A DNA stretch of 64,000 nucleotides from Geosiphon pyriformis uo1 (lineage: Eukaryota; Fungi; Glomeromycota), in contig JAAOMT010000094.1 of NCBI GenBank assembly GCA_016748015.1, forward strand, positions 374,251 through 438,250, read 5' to 3'. The position numbers were made by a program, and so were the translations under genes. Position 1 is the first letter of the stretch. Each line of letters opens with the position of its first letter. Below, piece after piece: positions 22,570-34,976 of the stretch. Under the pieces are notes generated by a model that saw only the letters and a list, made by a program, of their open reading frames with translations, was not told the origin of the DNA and did no database searches.

Positions 22570-25500
22570 CTAATCTTGCCTCATTCTTGAAAGACAATTA
22601 ACATTGGTGTGGAGTTTTTCTGGTTTGTGGTGTACGATATATTGGTAATTAGCTAAAAATCCTGTCCATTAGGTTTGTTTTGCATTCAGCTGGGTGTTTT
22701 TGTTTTGAAGCCATTTAAGTCCAATATTATCAGTGATAATATTGAATTCTTTGGGTCTGAGGTAAAGGTTGAAGTGATGTAGGGCCCAGATTACTGCTGC
22801 GGTTTCTAATTCTGTTGTGGGGTAGTTCTTTTCAGCTGGCTTTAATGTTCTACTAGCATAAGCAATTACTCGCTCATTTCCATTGTCATCTAACTGTGAT
22901 AGGATGGCACCAAAGGCAGTATAAGAGGTGTCAGTTGCTAACTGGAATCAGTTGCTGAAATCTGGGTAGGCGAGGATTGGAGCTGTTGTGAGTTTTTTCT
23001 TAAGTATCTCGAAGACATTTTGGTGTTCTTCTGTCTATTTGTATTTGACATTTTTAATAATGAGCTGGTTGAGGGGTTTTGCAATTTTTGAGAATCCTTT
23101 GATGAATTTTTGGTAATAGGATGCTAATCCAATAAATCCTTTTAATTCTGTGGTATTTTGTGGAGTCTTGAAGTTCTTGACAATACTGATTTTTCTGGGG
23201 TCTGGTTTAATTCCATCTTTGTTAACAATGTGACCAAGAAAAGCTAAACTTGTTTTTCCAAAGTAGTATTTTTCAATGTTCAGTTTTAATCTTGCTTTCC
23301 TTAATCATTGAAAAACTTCTTGCAGGTGAATTAAATGTAGCTCAAAAGATGGTGAATAAACATCAGTGTCATCAAGATAAACTACTACTGATTTCCAAAG
23401 GAGGCCTTTGTAAACAACATCCATGAGTCTTTGGAATGTTGCTGGTGCATTGCATAATCCAAAAGACATTACATTGAACTCGTAATTTTCTCCTTGAGTG
23501 GTGAATACTGTTTTGGGGCGGTCTTTGGGATCCATAACAACTTGCCAGTATCCACTCTCTAAATCTAATGTTGAAAAGTATTTGGACTTTCCAAGGGCAT
23601 CCAACATGTCATCAATTCGGGGAAGAGGGTAGGCATCCCCAATGGTAACACTGTTGAGTTGTCAGTAATCAACACAAAATCATATCTTTCCATTATTTTT
23701 TTTAACTAGGACCACAGGTGAGGCCCATGGGCTCATTGATGGTTGAATAAGCCCATTGTTAAGCATCCATTGTACTTCTTCTTGGATAAATTGGTGACTT
23801 TCTGGGGCAAATTGGTAGGCTTGTTGTTGCCTTGATTTGGCATCTCCTGTATAGATTTGGTGTTGAACCAAATCAGTTCTTCCTAAGTCATTGTTGTTTT
23901 TGGCGAAGATGTTAGCAAATTCTGCAATTAGCTCTTTGAGCTGGGTCTGTTGTTGTGTTCAAGTTGTCCCATATTGATTCGAGATAGTTTTTCCATGACA
24001 ACATGGTAGTTTTTGGAGCTGAGGTTTGGGTTGGTTTTTGGTATTGAATGTCCAATAATTTCAGAGAAATCGGGAACTATTTGGAGTAATTCTTGTTAAA
24101 ATATATTACTGTGAATAACTCCAATTTCTAAATTATTTAATAAAATTATGGAGTAATTATTGGGGTTGTAAAAAGTAACTCGGATTTTCTTTGTTCCTTC
24201 TGGAATATAAATGTTTGGGATCAAAATATTATGTTCCAAGCAGACTTGTTCATTGGACTCAAAAATTTGTTGTGTGGTTGTTGACTTTGGGCAGGTGTAG
24301 ATTTCCAGATGTTCTCCAAAGGGTGAGATAATAATCAGTTGTAGAAGTCTGAAAATCTGGTGGGATTTGTTCTGTGTGTTAAGAGCTATATTAACTGGAA
24401 CTGTGAATCGTCCAGTTGAACCAAAACCTTGGGTTCCTCTATCACTTTTTCCTAATTGTTCTCTTTGATTGACTAGTTGCAAACCCAAAATATTGATTAA
24501 GAGTAAATAAATAGCTTGGGCAATTTTTTCAGCATGTTCGATCTTGAATGGTTTGTCAGTTTCATTTTGAAGCATCACTGTTATGTCTCCAGTATATCCA
24601 GCATTGATTATTCCTCCTCTGACATTGATTTCTTTGCTTGCCAGAGAGGACTGGAAGGCAATTTGAATCATTGCTCCTGGTGGGATTTCGAGTGCAATTT
24701 TGAGGTTGATTTTTGTAAGAGATTTGGGTTTAAGAACAAGAGTATCCTTGCCTGGATATCTTAGGTCATATCCAGCATCAATTTCGTGTGCTTTTTCGGG
24801 TTTTATTCTTTGTCCGTTGTTGTTGAAGTATTTGAGTTGTAAGACAGGCTGATTTTAAATAAGGTAAATGGGTGTTGTTTCAATTTCTTCTGTTTTTTTA
24901 GGTTCTCCAAATTCAATTTCATTCTCATTATTTTTGCTGGGCAAGAGGATACTAAGAGCATAGCATTCAGGACATCATTGTTCATTGCAAGGCATAATGC
25001 ATTCTTTACATAGCCTAATGTTCATTTGCTTTAATTGTTGAATTTGAGCTTCTTGGGTCGGGTAGTTGTGACTTGCAATTTGGTGGTAGACTTCTACTTC
25101 ATCTTCGTAATCGAATCCAGCTAATTCCATAGTGTATTCAATGTATTCTGCTTCCTTCATTTGACAAACATCTTTTTTGGTAGCTCCATTAATTAATGCC
25201 ATTGCTAAGTTGAAAATCATCTTGGCATTATGAGAGTAGTGATAAAGTTTGTTGAGAGCACTATTGTATGCTGCATTAAAGGGTGTTCCTCTTTTTACTT
25301 TTTTTGAAATTAATAAAGCATATTGGCAGGTCTGATCGCAGACACCTCCTCTCATTGCTACATCAATCCAATTGCATTCTTCTGGTAGCATATCTCCACA
25401 AGTCAAACAAGAGGTGTTGTCCCATTTTCCACTCCTTTTTATTAGATGGCCCCATCACTCTTTGTGGCAAGCCTTGCAGTAATAACAAATATGATTTTCA

Positions 25501-28235
25501 TATTCTTCTTTAGGTGAAATGCAGGCTCCCATTGACGATAGTTTCTTGTGGCAGTCCTTACATTTAAGGGGAATATAGGGGCATTGTTTTCTTGGTTCAG
25601 GTTTTGAGTAAGGTATATTCCATCCAGAGGTTTTAGGTTTAGTGTGTGGGGTAAAATTTTCTTGTTCTGTTTCATCAGTCCAGTTGGACATTAATCCAAG
25701 AGCCATGAATGTTTCGAGTATTGGTTTTTCTTCTTCTGGTTCAAATTCAAAAGCTGGGGCTTTTTCAGAGCGTTTGTTGAATGTACCACAAATGGTAGGT
25801 ACCCGGGCGTGTTGTCCTTGGTAGGAGATTGTTAACTCTTGTGTTTCCCAATTCAGATTAGCATTGGCTTTTTGAAGCCAATCATTTCCGACGAAAGCTT
25901 GGTATTGGAGTGCGTTTATTACAAGAACTTTGACTGGAATGGTGATTCTATCAAGAGTGAATGGAAAATTGTCAATTTCTCTTACTGGGGTCTTTTTCAT
26001 GCCATCGGCAGTAATGATTACTGTTTGAGCTGGTCGGTCAACATTTCTTTTTAACTGTTGCATTAACTGGTAGGTAATAATGCTTCCAGGGGATCCACTG
26101 TTTAGGATCAAGCGAATTGGCTTTCCTTCTACTTCAGCTTCTGTGTACATTACAGTAATGGCTTTTTGCTCATTAGCCGCTGTATTGCTAAGCAAGAATG
26201 GTGATTCATTTGCTTCAAATTCAAAAGGAAAGATATTAGAGAGATTGGCATTTTCAGCAATTCGGGCTGGTGGAATAGTGGTGTGGTTATGAGAAGGGTT
26301 TCATTATTGTTGTGCTGCAGCTTTACCTTCCGAGAGTGCAGTATGGTGAAAATCCTGTTCTTCTAGCATTTTTAAATAACTGGGTTGAGTATGGTAATGG
26401 TTGGGTCTTGGTTGAGTGGTATTTCGGGGAACCAATTGGTTGTTCAAACTGATTCTACTGTTGTTTACTTGGTATTGGTTTTGTGGTGTGAATTGATTTT
26501 GTGTAATCAGTCTTCGAGCAGGTACTTGATAATGTTGTGTGGGTGGTTGTTGGTATTGCTGTTGGATTGGTTGTAGGGCAGGCTGATAATAGTTATTTTG
26601 GTATTGGGGTCTTGGTAGATAGTAAGCTGGTGGTGATGGTTAATAATAAGATTGCTGTGGTGGAGAATAATGTTGATTACCCCTATTTTGTTGGTCTCGT
26701 TGCAGCTTTCTGCAATCTCTTTTCCAGTGGTCAGAGATTCCACAGTAATGGCAATTCTGGGGCTGGTTATTGGAAAATGGTGCAAAGTTATTTTGATTTT
26801 GTCTTTGAAGTGATTGATATCTTTGGGATTGTTGTTGTTGTTAGTTGGTAAAATAGTTTTCGACCTTCTTTGTAAGTTGGTCAATTTTTTCCTCAGCTGC
26901 TGAGCTGGTTTTTCTAATTGTCAAATTTACAAGTTTTGTATGATTGGCTTCTTCCATGGCCATTTCGTATCTTTTCGCATGCTGTATGGCAGAGTTTAAA
27001 TCTTCTGGCGTGTGTGGACGAACCTTTTTAATTAGTTTATCTTTTAGACCAGCAATAAATTGATCCAAGATTTGAGCATCGGAATAATAATTATTTGTCT
27101 TGAGTTGGCGAATCTATCTGAGAAGTTTGTTGAATTTCCCAATATAAGTCATAACGAATTCGGAGGGTTCTTGTTTGATATTTCGAAAACGATTGCCAAG
27201 AGTAATGGAGGTATTATTGTTGGTAAACTGTTCAAGGAAGGCTGTTTTGAAAGTGTTTCAATCATTGAATGGGGCAGCCAGGTTTTCAAACCATTCTCCT
27301 GCTGTTCCTTTGAGAAAGTATGGAATTGTTCTTAACATTCTGGTGGCATTCCATCTATTTGCATCTCCGGTTTTAGTAACTTGGTCGAGCCATTCTTGAG
27401 GACTGGTCTCAATATCTTCTCCATTGAATTTAGGAATTTTTGCAATGTATGTTGTCATTTCGTCTTCTTCATTTTCACTGTCTATTGATTCTTCTTCAGT
27501 TATTTCAGAGTTGTTTTCTTTGTTTGCTGCTGTCTCAGAGTGTTCACTTTGATTTTCAGCTAGAAAATCAAGAAAATTGGAACTAGTTTGAAGGGGTTCT
27601 TGTTGTCTGGTAGGACTTCTGAGTGATGTAAAATCTTCTGGTCTTGCAAATCGATTCAAGGGTGAATTAGGTATTTGTGCTTGTGCAAGTGAAGCTGGAA
27701 AAGGTGTGATAGTAAGTGGAAATTTTGAACTGGTTCCTTGTTCAGGTGTTTGTAAATGTTTGGCAGTTGTTTTCGGTAGTGTTGAAGTATTTGGGGTGGT
27801 TCTTGAATATTGTTTTAATTTGTTTTTGCCTTTGTTGCTTGTTTCTGTTTCCGATTCAAAGTCAATAGTGTATTGAGACTGCACTGGATATGTTTTTTCA
27901 CAGTATTTGATAATGTTAAAATTAAGTTCATGAAAGTAAGTGGCAAGTGTTTCACTATTAAGGTCTTCAGTTCCCAACTGTAAATAGTGTGCTAAATTAT
28001 TGTAAAGGTTGCTTCTAATTTCTGAGATATTGTAATTTCCAAAAAAATAATTGTTGATGTGGTTTTTAATGTATTGATATACTGATTTCTTGACAACTTC
28101 AATTCCGTCTGGAATGTTGAATCTTTGCTTGCAGTGGGTGTAAATTGATTGGTAATACTCTAGAGTTGTTGTGTCTGGTGTGGTCGCTACTTTGAAGTTG
28201 TTTTTGCTGTGTTGTTTCCGTGGGAGAGCACCAAA
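22570..28235 (-). pseudogene. Element A gag-pol polyprotein (N-extension, Gag with CCHC, protease, Cys-rich domain, dUTPase, RT, RNase H)
   Basis: Fragments 27258-27977, 26841-27068, 25455-26195, 24975-25406 and 24096-24671 share one frame. Motifs: protease LILNSGS; RT SPWASPVVLV, LDLESGYWQ, FGLCNAPATFQ, YLDD; RNase H TDAS, ELETAA. Confidence 0.92.
24405..24800 (-). pseudogene. dut: dUTPase domain of element A
   Basis: Trimeric dUTPase motifs: DAGYDL, (SR>FQ)SS, GIINAGYTG, EKIAQ, RGTQGFGSTG. Confidence 0.9.
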
Positions 28236-30384
28236 TGTTACCGGAGGTTTTTGGTCTCTTTTCTGTAATGTTGTTGATACTTATTTGCTGTGAATTTACG
28301 TTTTCTGGATGTGGTTGAACCTCCAATAACTGAATTTTTTTTAACTTCAAATTATTTTCTATAATTTGAACTTGCTGGGCTTATGAGTGGAATGGCCAAT
28401 TCCGTGTCAGTTGCTTTATGTAGTTACATTGTAGTAAATGTCAACTCTTTCCCAGAAATTGCTCGTCTAGAAGCTCACTAAAAATATGTAGTTACTTTGC
28501 TGTGAAAGTCAACTCTTCTACAGGAATCTTGTCTGTAGGCTACCCTAATGATTGTAATAAGAAAAATAAAAGAAAATAAAAGAAATGTAAAAGAAATAGA
28601 ATTTTGTCAAGGGAAATGTTTTCTATCCAGGCCTGGAGTTACTAACAGTTTACTGAAATTGGTAGCTAATCAATTTCGAAATGTTAGTTGGTTTTTGGGG
28701 ATTTTCCAAGGGCAATAATTAAAAAATTTGGTTTTTTAAATTATTTGGTATTTATTTCTTTTTGTGTGTGTAGAAATGGTTCTAAGTAATAAATCTAAAG
28801 TAAGATACATTTTTTCGAAGAGAAAAGCTCTTCTTTTATACAACTTGTCATAACACTATTCTATGAACTTGAACTTTGCTATTTTCTACAATTTCGCTGA
28901 ACTAAAGATACATTTTGGTGAACTACAAGTTATTTCTGTAAACTATTAGATATTTCGGTGAACTATCAATTATTTCGGCAAATTTCTATAAATTTTGGTG
29001 AACTTTTGAATGTTACATAGTTCGGGGTATTGCATGATTGATCATCGCAATTAGGTTACATTTGTGTTGTGTACAATTTGGGTTATTAATTAAATAATAA
29101 TTTCAGACATTCTTTGCTAATGTAATAAGTGATAATTTGAAACAATAATATATGCTAATTAATGATAGAAATTATGAGATAATTTCATGCTAAATGATAT
29201 CTCTAATTTCATCTGGTAACATCAGCCATATAGAGCATTGCTTAAAAATTCATAGCACATTGCTCGAGAATGTGAGCAATCTCGTAGAACCCAAATCATG
29301 TATATATAGCAGTAGTATCAAAAGCTAGAAAAAGAAACTTCTAGAGTCAGTAGGACTTTCAGAGTCAATTAAACTTGCAGATCATAATTATTAAATACTC
29401 CTCTTTTTAAGGATAGTTGCTATTACTTGAAATGAAATTATATCAATAAAATATCTCTTCAATTCTTCAAATCCATGTTATTATCCACTACTTAACCTGC
29501 TGGCACAATAGCTCTTAATTATGGCTATTGACAAGACACTTATTTCTTATTTTATTATATTTTATTTTATTTTTCTTTATTTTATTTTCTTTTGTTGTTT
29601 ACTAATTGATTAAGAATTAAGCACTGAGTTATTAACATCAAGAATAGCCTGGTAAAAAACCCAGAAATAAGAGTAAAATTATATATATATTAATGGATAG
29701 CTTACCAGAAGGGCATGACTGTCAGAATAAACCAGTATTACAAGTGATTATTTGGGGTCTCAAATCAAATAACAAACTCGTAAGTTGGTGTTCAATTGAT
29801 ATAATGACGTTGGTTTCTGAAGGTATTATAGATCTGAAGGTTTTGGTTGAGTTCTTTGTATAATAGACAAAAATTCAATGATTGTTTTCAGTAATCTCCT
29901 GGAATTGCAATTCCATCAAATTTTTTTCTTAGTGTGGTGGCCAGTAATCCTCCTGGTAAGCTATCCTCAATTCTATGAGTGTTTTACTCTTGTTTCACAG
30001 GTCTTTTACTAGTCCCTATGACATCTATAACTCAGCACTTTTAATCCTTAATTAGTTTTAGTAATAACAACAAAATCAAAGAAAAAAAAATAAAAATAAA
30101 AATAAAAAAAATGAAAAGAAATAAGTCAATACAATTGCAAGTTAGTATCCTGTTAATAACTATGATTAAGAGCTATTGTTCCAGTGTGGTTAAGTATAAA
30201 TTACTATCAACATGAACTGTTAATAGTAGAGAGTGGATTGAGATAACAAATAGTTATTTATTAAATGATTGTGATTTTTGGAAAGTTGCTTAGATTGAAT
30301 CTAAACTGGGAAGTTTGTTTTTTTCTACTTCTAATACTACTGCTATATATACATAATTGAGATTCATCAATTCCTCAATTCTTC

Positions 30385-30530
30385 ACACCAGGAATTCTGG
30401 AATTTCTGGAATCCTGCAATTTTTTTTGAAAGAAATCCTGGAATTCTGGAATCCTGTGATTTCTTATACGAGAATCTTGAAATTCCTGGAATTCTGCAAT
30501 TTTTCTTGAGAAGAATCCTGGAATTTCACA
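30385..30530. repeat. Short ggaatt(c/t)ct tandem repeats in U3 of the element B LTR (second copy at 39620-39760)
   Basis: Repeated ctggaatt/ggaatcct units in both LTRs. Confidence 0.85.
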
Positions 30531-30617
30531 TTTATTATGTTTATTTCTGATTGGCTAATTTATATGTTAATATACTTTCTATATTTTATAAGTAACATTA
30601 TTCCCTTCTTTTTAATA

Positions 30618-31250
30618 TTAAGCTTTATTAAGATCTCTCAAATCTCTTAACTTTAGTTCTCTGTCTATAAGTATTTCTTGGACCTCTTTTTTGAGAATTA
30701 CTTGAATTATCTTGTTTTGTAATTCTTTAAATTGGGTGTTGGTTATTTTTCCCATTTGGTTAACTATAATAGAGTCCAGTTCTGAATTAAGTAGGATTTC
30801 TGGTCTGTCTTGAAATTCCATATGTAGCCAATAGATGGCTCTTGCTTGTGTAGTTAAATTGTTTTTTCCCACAAATTGTTCCAGTTGTTGTAATATTGTT
30901 GTGTCAAATAATCGTTTTGTTTTATCTGTGTATAAGTTCTGAATGTTCAAGTGTCATCCCAAGTGAGAATAACAAAAGTTTCTTGAAAATTCATGTATCC
31001 ATTATTTCCAAGTTTTTTTGGTCAATTCTTAATAGATGGTGACACTTATTGGTTCTTCTATTGCTAATTTTATTTTCCAAACTATTTTGTTGATAGTGTT
31101 TTTTGTTTTTTTTTGACTTTTGTATTTGGGTTTTTTTCTGGTATCTCAGTATCAAATGGTTTGTTAATTGATAGTGATTTCTATATTTTGTTGTTGAATC
31201 AGTTGGAAGAGTTGTTGTGCTAATAAGTGGATGTTATCAGTAATTTTCAT
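30618..31250 (-). pseudogene. Element B accessory ORF3
   Basis: ORF 30618-30950 plus upstream disrupted codons, lying between integrase and PPT; motif similarity to ORF3 of A, D and C. Confidence 0.7.
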
Positions 31251-34200
31251 TTTTTTGAAGTCTTTTGTTGCATCTATTATGTCTATATATACTCTTTTTC
31301 TTGTTCAATTTTATGTGTTTGGTTCAATAATTATGATTGGTTTCAGATCTTGTGGAATCTTATCTGGTTGGACTAGTATTCTTTGTACTCCTAATTGTGG
31401 AATATTACTGGTAGATGGTAACTCTGTATGGTGATATGATTTCAGTCGATCATTATGTGCTGCTTTGGCTAAAATTTTGTTGTTCTATCTTAATTTATAA
31501 GCTCCATTTCCCAGAATTTTTTCTATGTGAAATGGTTTGTCTCATTTGGAGTCAAATTTTCCACTCCATTGTTTTTCTGCTTTGGTACAATGTAAAAGTA
31601 CTTTGTCTCCAATCCTGAATTCAACTGGTTTATCTGGTAATTGGTTATTATGTCTTTCTTTCTGTTTTTTTTATGACTGTTGTATGTTATCAGCTGCTCT
31701 TTGTCATTTGTTTTCTAGAGTTTCCATTAGATTATATGTTCTTCTCAACAAAGTTTCTTGGAAATTTTTTTCTGTTATTGGTTCAGTTGGATATGTGTTG
31801 ATCTTTATTTCAACTGGTAATATTGCTGTTTTACTGTATACCAATTCAAATAGTATTGCTTGTGTGATATCTTGTTTCATTGTCTGATACGTAAATAGCA
31901 CTAATGGTATAAACAAATCCTATTCTTCTTGATTTTCTTGGCTGATTTTGGCAATTGCTTTACACAGTGTTCTATTGAATCTTTCAACTAATCCATTGGT
32001 TTGTGAATAATATGATAATGATAATGGTCTTTTTATTCTAAATCTTTAACTTAATTCTGCCAATGTTCTATTCACAAAGTGAGTTTCTTGATCTGATAAT
32101 AATTTTTTTAGACATCTGTGTCAACAAATCAAATCTTGATGAATGAATTCAGCAACGGATTTTGCATCCACTCTTTGAATGGCTTTTGCTTCTGGCCATT
32201 TGGTAAGATAATCCATGGCTACTGCAATATATTTGTTGTCTCTGCTGATAATTGTCAATGATCCAACTAAGTCAATTCTAATACAATTAAATAGTTGTCC
32301 TATTTTGATTGGTCTTAATGGTTCACTTGGTTTTGTTCCTTCTTTTTTTTAATAAGCATTACAATTTTGAACATATTGAATAATATCTGGATATATTGAT
32401 GGCCAATAGTATTTTTTTCTAGTTCTTTTCATAGTTGCTTTTTTATAAAAATGTCCTGCTGTTGGATCAGAGTGCATGTTGAACAATATTGTCTCTTTTT
32501 CTGGTTCTGTAACCACTCTGGTTGGTTGATTTGAATTTTTTTTGTTCTTCCAATACAGTATATTTTGGTGAATAATAAAATATTTTAATTGTTGTTTGAT
32601 GCTGTTTTGTTCATTTTGAGATAATTTCTCCTTGAACTGTTGGGTATTTATATAGTGTTGGAGTTGTTGGTATTTTTGTGTGTTCATCTTTTGTTATATT
32701 TTTGTGTTCAATTGTTTGGATTTTGTTATATTTTTGGATTGAAATGTTCTTTAGATTTGTTTTATCTGTAATAAACCATCAGCATTTCTATTTTCTTTTC
32801 CCTTTTTATAATGTACTGTATATTTGAATGGTAATAGTTCTATTTTCCATTGAGTGTGATGATCATCTTCAAATTTTTGCTTTTGGATTGAAGTCAATCC
32901 TTTATGATCTGTGTAGATGTCGAATTTTTGGCTCAAGTATTCTTTCCATTTTATGACTGCTCAGTATATTGCTAAGTGTTCCAATGCTGGTGTTCCATAG
33001 TTCTTTTCTGCTGGACTCAAAATTTGACTGGCATATGCTACTGAATGCTCTCTTCCATCTGGTCCTCTCTGTGATAGTACTGCTTTCAATGCTTGACTTG
33101 ATGCATCAGTAGTAATGATGAATGACTTGTTGTAGTCTGGATAGATCAATACTAGAGCTTGGATAAGCTTTCTTCTTAGTGTGTCAAAAACTTTTTGCTG
33201 AAGTTCTGTCCATTCATATTTCACATTCTTGTTTTGGAGTTGATGTAATGACTAAGCCAGTTTAGAAAAATCCTTGATAAAGTGGCAATAGTATCCAGCA
33301 AATCCCAAAAATGCTCTTAGTTCTGTGAGATTATTTGGTACTAAAAAGTTCTTGACAGCTTCAATCTTGTTTGGATCCATTTTGATGCCATTTTTGCTTA
33401 TGACATGTTCCAAAAATTTTAATTCTGTTTTGCTGAAGAAGCATTTGTTTGCATTCAACTTCAATTCTGTTCTTTTGAGTCTTTCAAACACTTGCTGTAG
33501 ATGATGGAGATGATTATCAAATGTTTTTGAGAATATGTTGGTGTTATCTAAGTATACAACTACTGATTTCCACAATAGTTCTGTGTAAACAATTTCTATT
33601 AGCCTTTAGAATGTGGCTGGTGCATTTATTAATCCAAATAGCATGACTTTGAATTCAAAATTTCTCTCTCTTGTTGTAAATGCAGTCTTTTTTTTGTCAG
33701 CTGGATCTATGGCTACTTGTCAATAGCCACTATCTGAATTTAGTATTAAGAACCATTTGTTTCTCCCAAAAGCATCGAATAATTTTTGAATCTGTGGAGT
33801 TGGATAACTGTCTTCATGAGTAACACTGTTGAGTTTTCTATAATTTACACAAAAGCAGATCTTCCCATTTTTTTTCCAGACTAGTACCACTGGTAATGAC
33901 TATGGACTCATTGATGGCTGAATTAGCCTATTGTTTAACATCCGATTTATTTCTTGACAGATGATTTCATGGCTAGCTGGTGGTATCTGATATGTTCTTT
34001 GTTTAATTGGCATTGCATCTCCAGTCTTGATCTGATGCTGGATGATGTTAGTTTAGCCAAATTTATTTTTACTAGCAAAGATGTCATTAAAATTTCTGAG
34101 TAATATCTTTAGTTGTATCTGTTGGAGTGGGTCTAGATTCTCTATGTTCATCTGTTCCAATTGTTCCAATTGGAGCAGATAACATTTGTTTTGTCCGTAA

Positions 34201-34559
34201 ATGGTTTGTGATATGATGTCCACATATTCACAAAGCTGTGAAAAATCTAGAATGTAGTTTGGTGGTTGATCTTCAACTCCAGTGGTTAAATATCTAATAA
34301 TGGTTTCCTTTGGTATTTCGATGACTTTTCCAGTTGTGTTGTAGATGGAAATTTTGATGTTCTTGGGGCTTTTGGCTAATATGTAGAGATTAGTGAGTCC
34401 AATTTCTCCTGATTCACAGATAGTAGTTTCTGTTTTAAACAACTGAGCTTGATCTTTTACTTCTCTTTTTATGGCTAATATATACTGGTCATATGGTGGA
34501 ATAGAAATTGATTGACAGATTGAGATAATTTCTTCTTTGTCAACAATTTCCTCCTCTGC

Positions 34560-34976
34560 CATATTGACTGGTATATCTATTCTACCCATTGATCTGAATC
34601 TTTGTATCTCTCTTGCTGTCATACCTAATTTTTCCTTTTTTCCTATTGAAATTAACTAAACTATTTTCACCAGAGATAAAAATATTGCCTGTGCTATCTT
34701 TTCATTTAGCTCTATAATATAGGCCTTTTTTGAATCATTTTGTAGCATGGTGATGATATTTTCTACATATCCCACATCAATTATTTCTCCTCTGATGTTG
34801 ATTTTCTTTTTCACTAAACTACTCCTAGATGCTAATTGAATTATAGTTGTTGCTAAAATTTCCAGAGCTATTTTGAGATTAATACATGTGCATAAATTTG
34901 GTTCTAATTTGATGGCTTCTTTTTCAGGATATTTTAGATCAAATCCGGCATCAGTATTATGCATGCATTCTGGCAT
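34560..34976 (-). pseudogene. dut: dUTPase domain of element B
   Basis: TDAGFDL, ASRSS, GEIIDVGYVE, EKIAQ, and a decayed motif 5 REIQRFRSMG. Confidence 0.88.

Larger units (their letters stand above)
19563..29221 (-). mobile_element. Ty3/gypsy LTR retrotransposon A (family 1), full-length; 5' LTR 28236-29221, 3' LTR from 19563 into the N gap
   Basis: TG...CA ends; perfect TSD tcag (19559-19562 / 29222-29225); PBS at 28221-28235; LTR copies ~95% identical over the visible 445 bp. Confidence 0.95.

Noticed and set aside
25390-25480. HxE...PCxxC zinc-deaminase-like motif in the Cys-rich domain (CHKE...WDNTSCLTC; PCLTC in D, PCLAC in B)
   Set aside because: The spacing is shorter than in known deaminases and His is not conserved in B (CLVE). 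A zinc-finger reading is simpler; only structure prediction could revive the idea.
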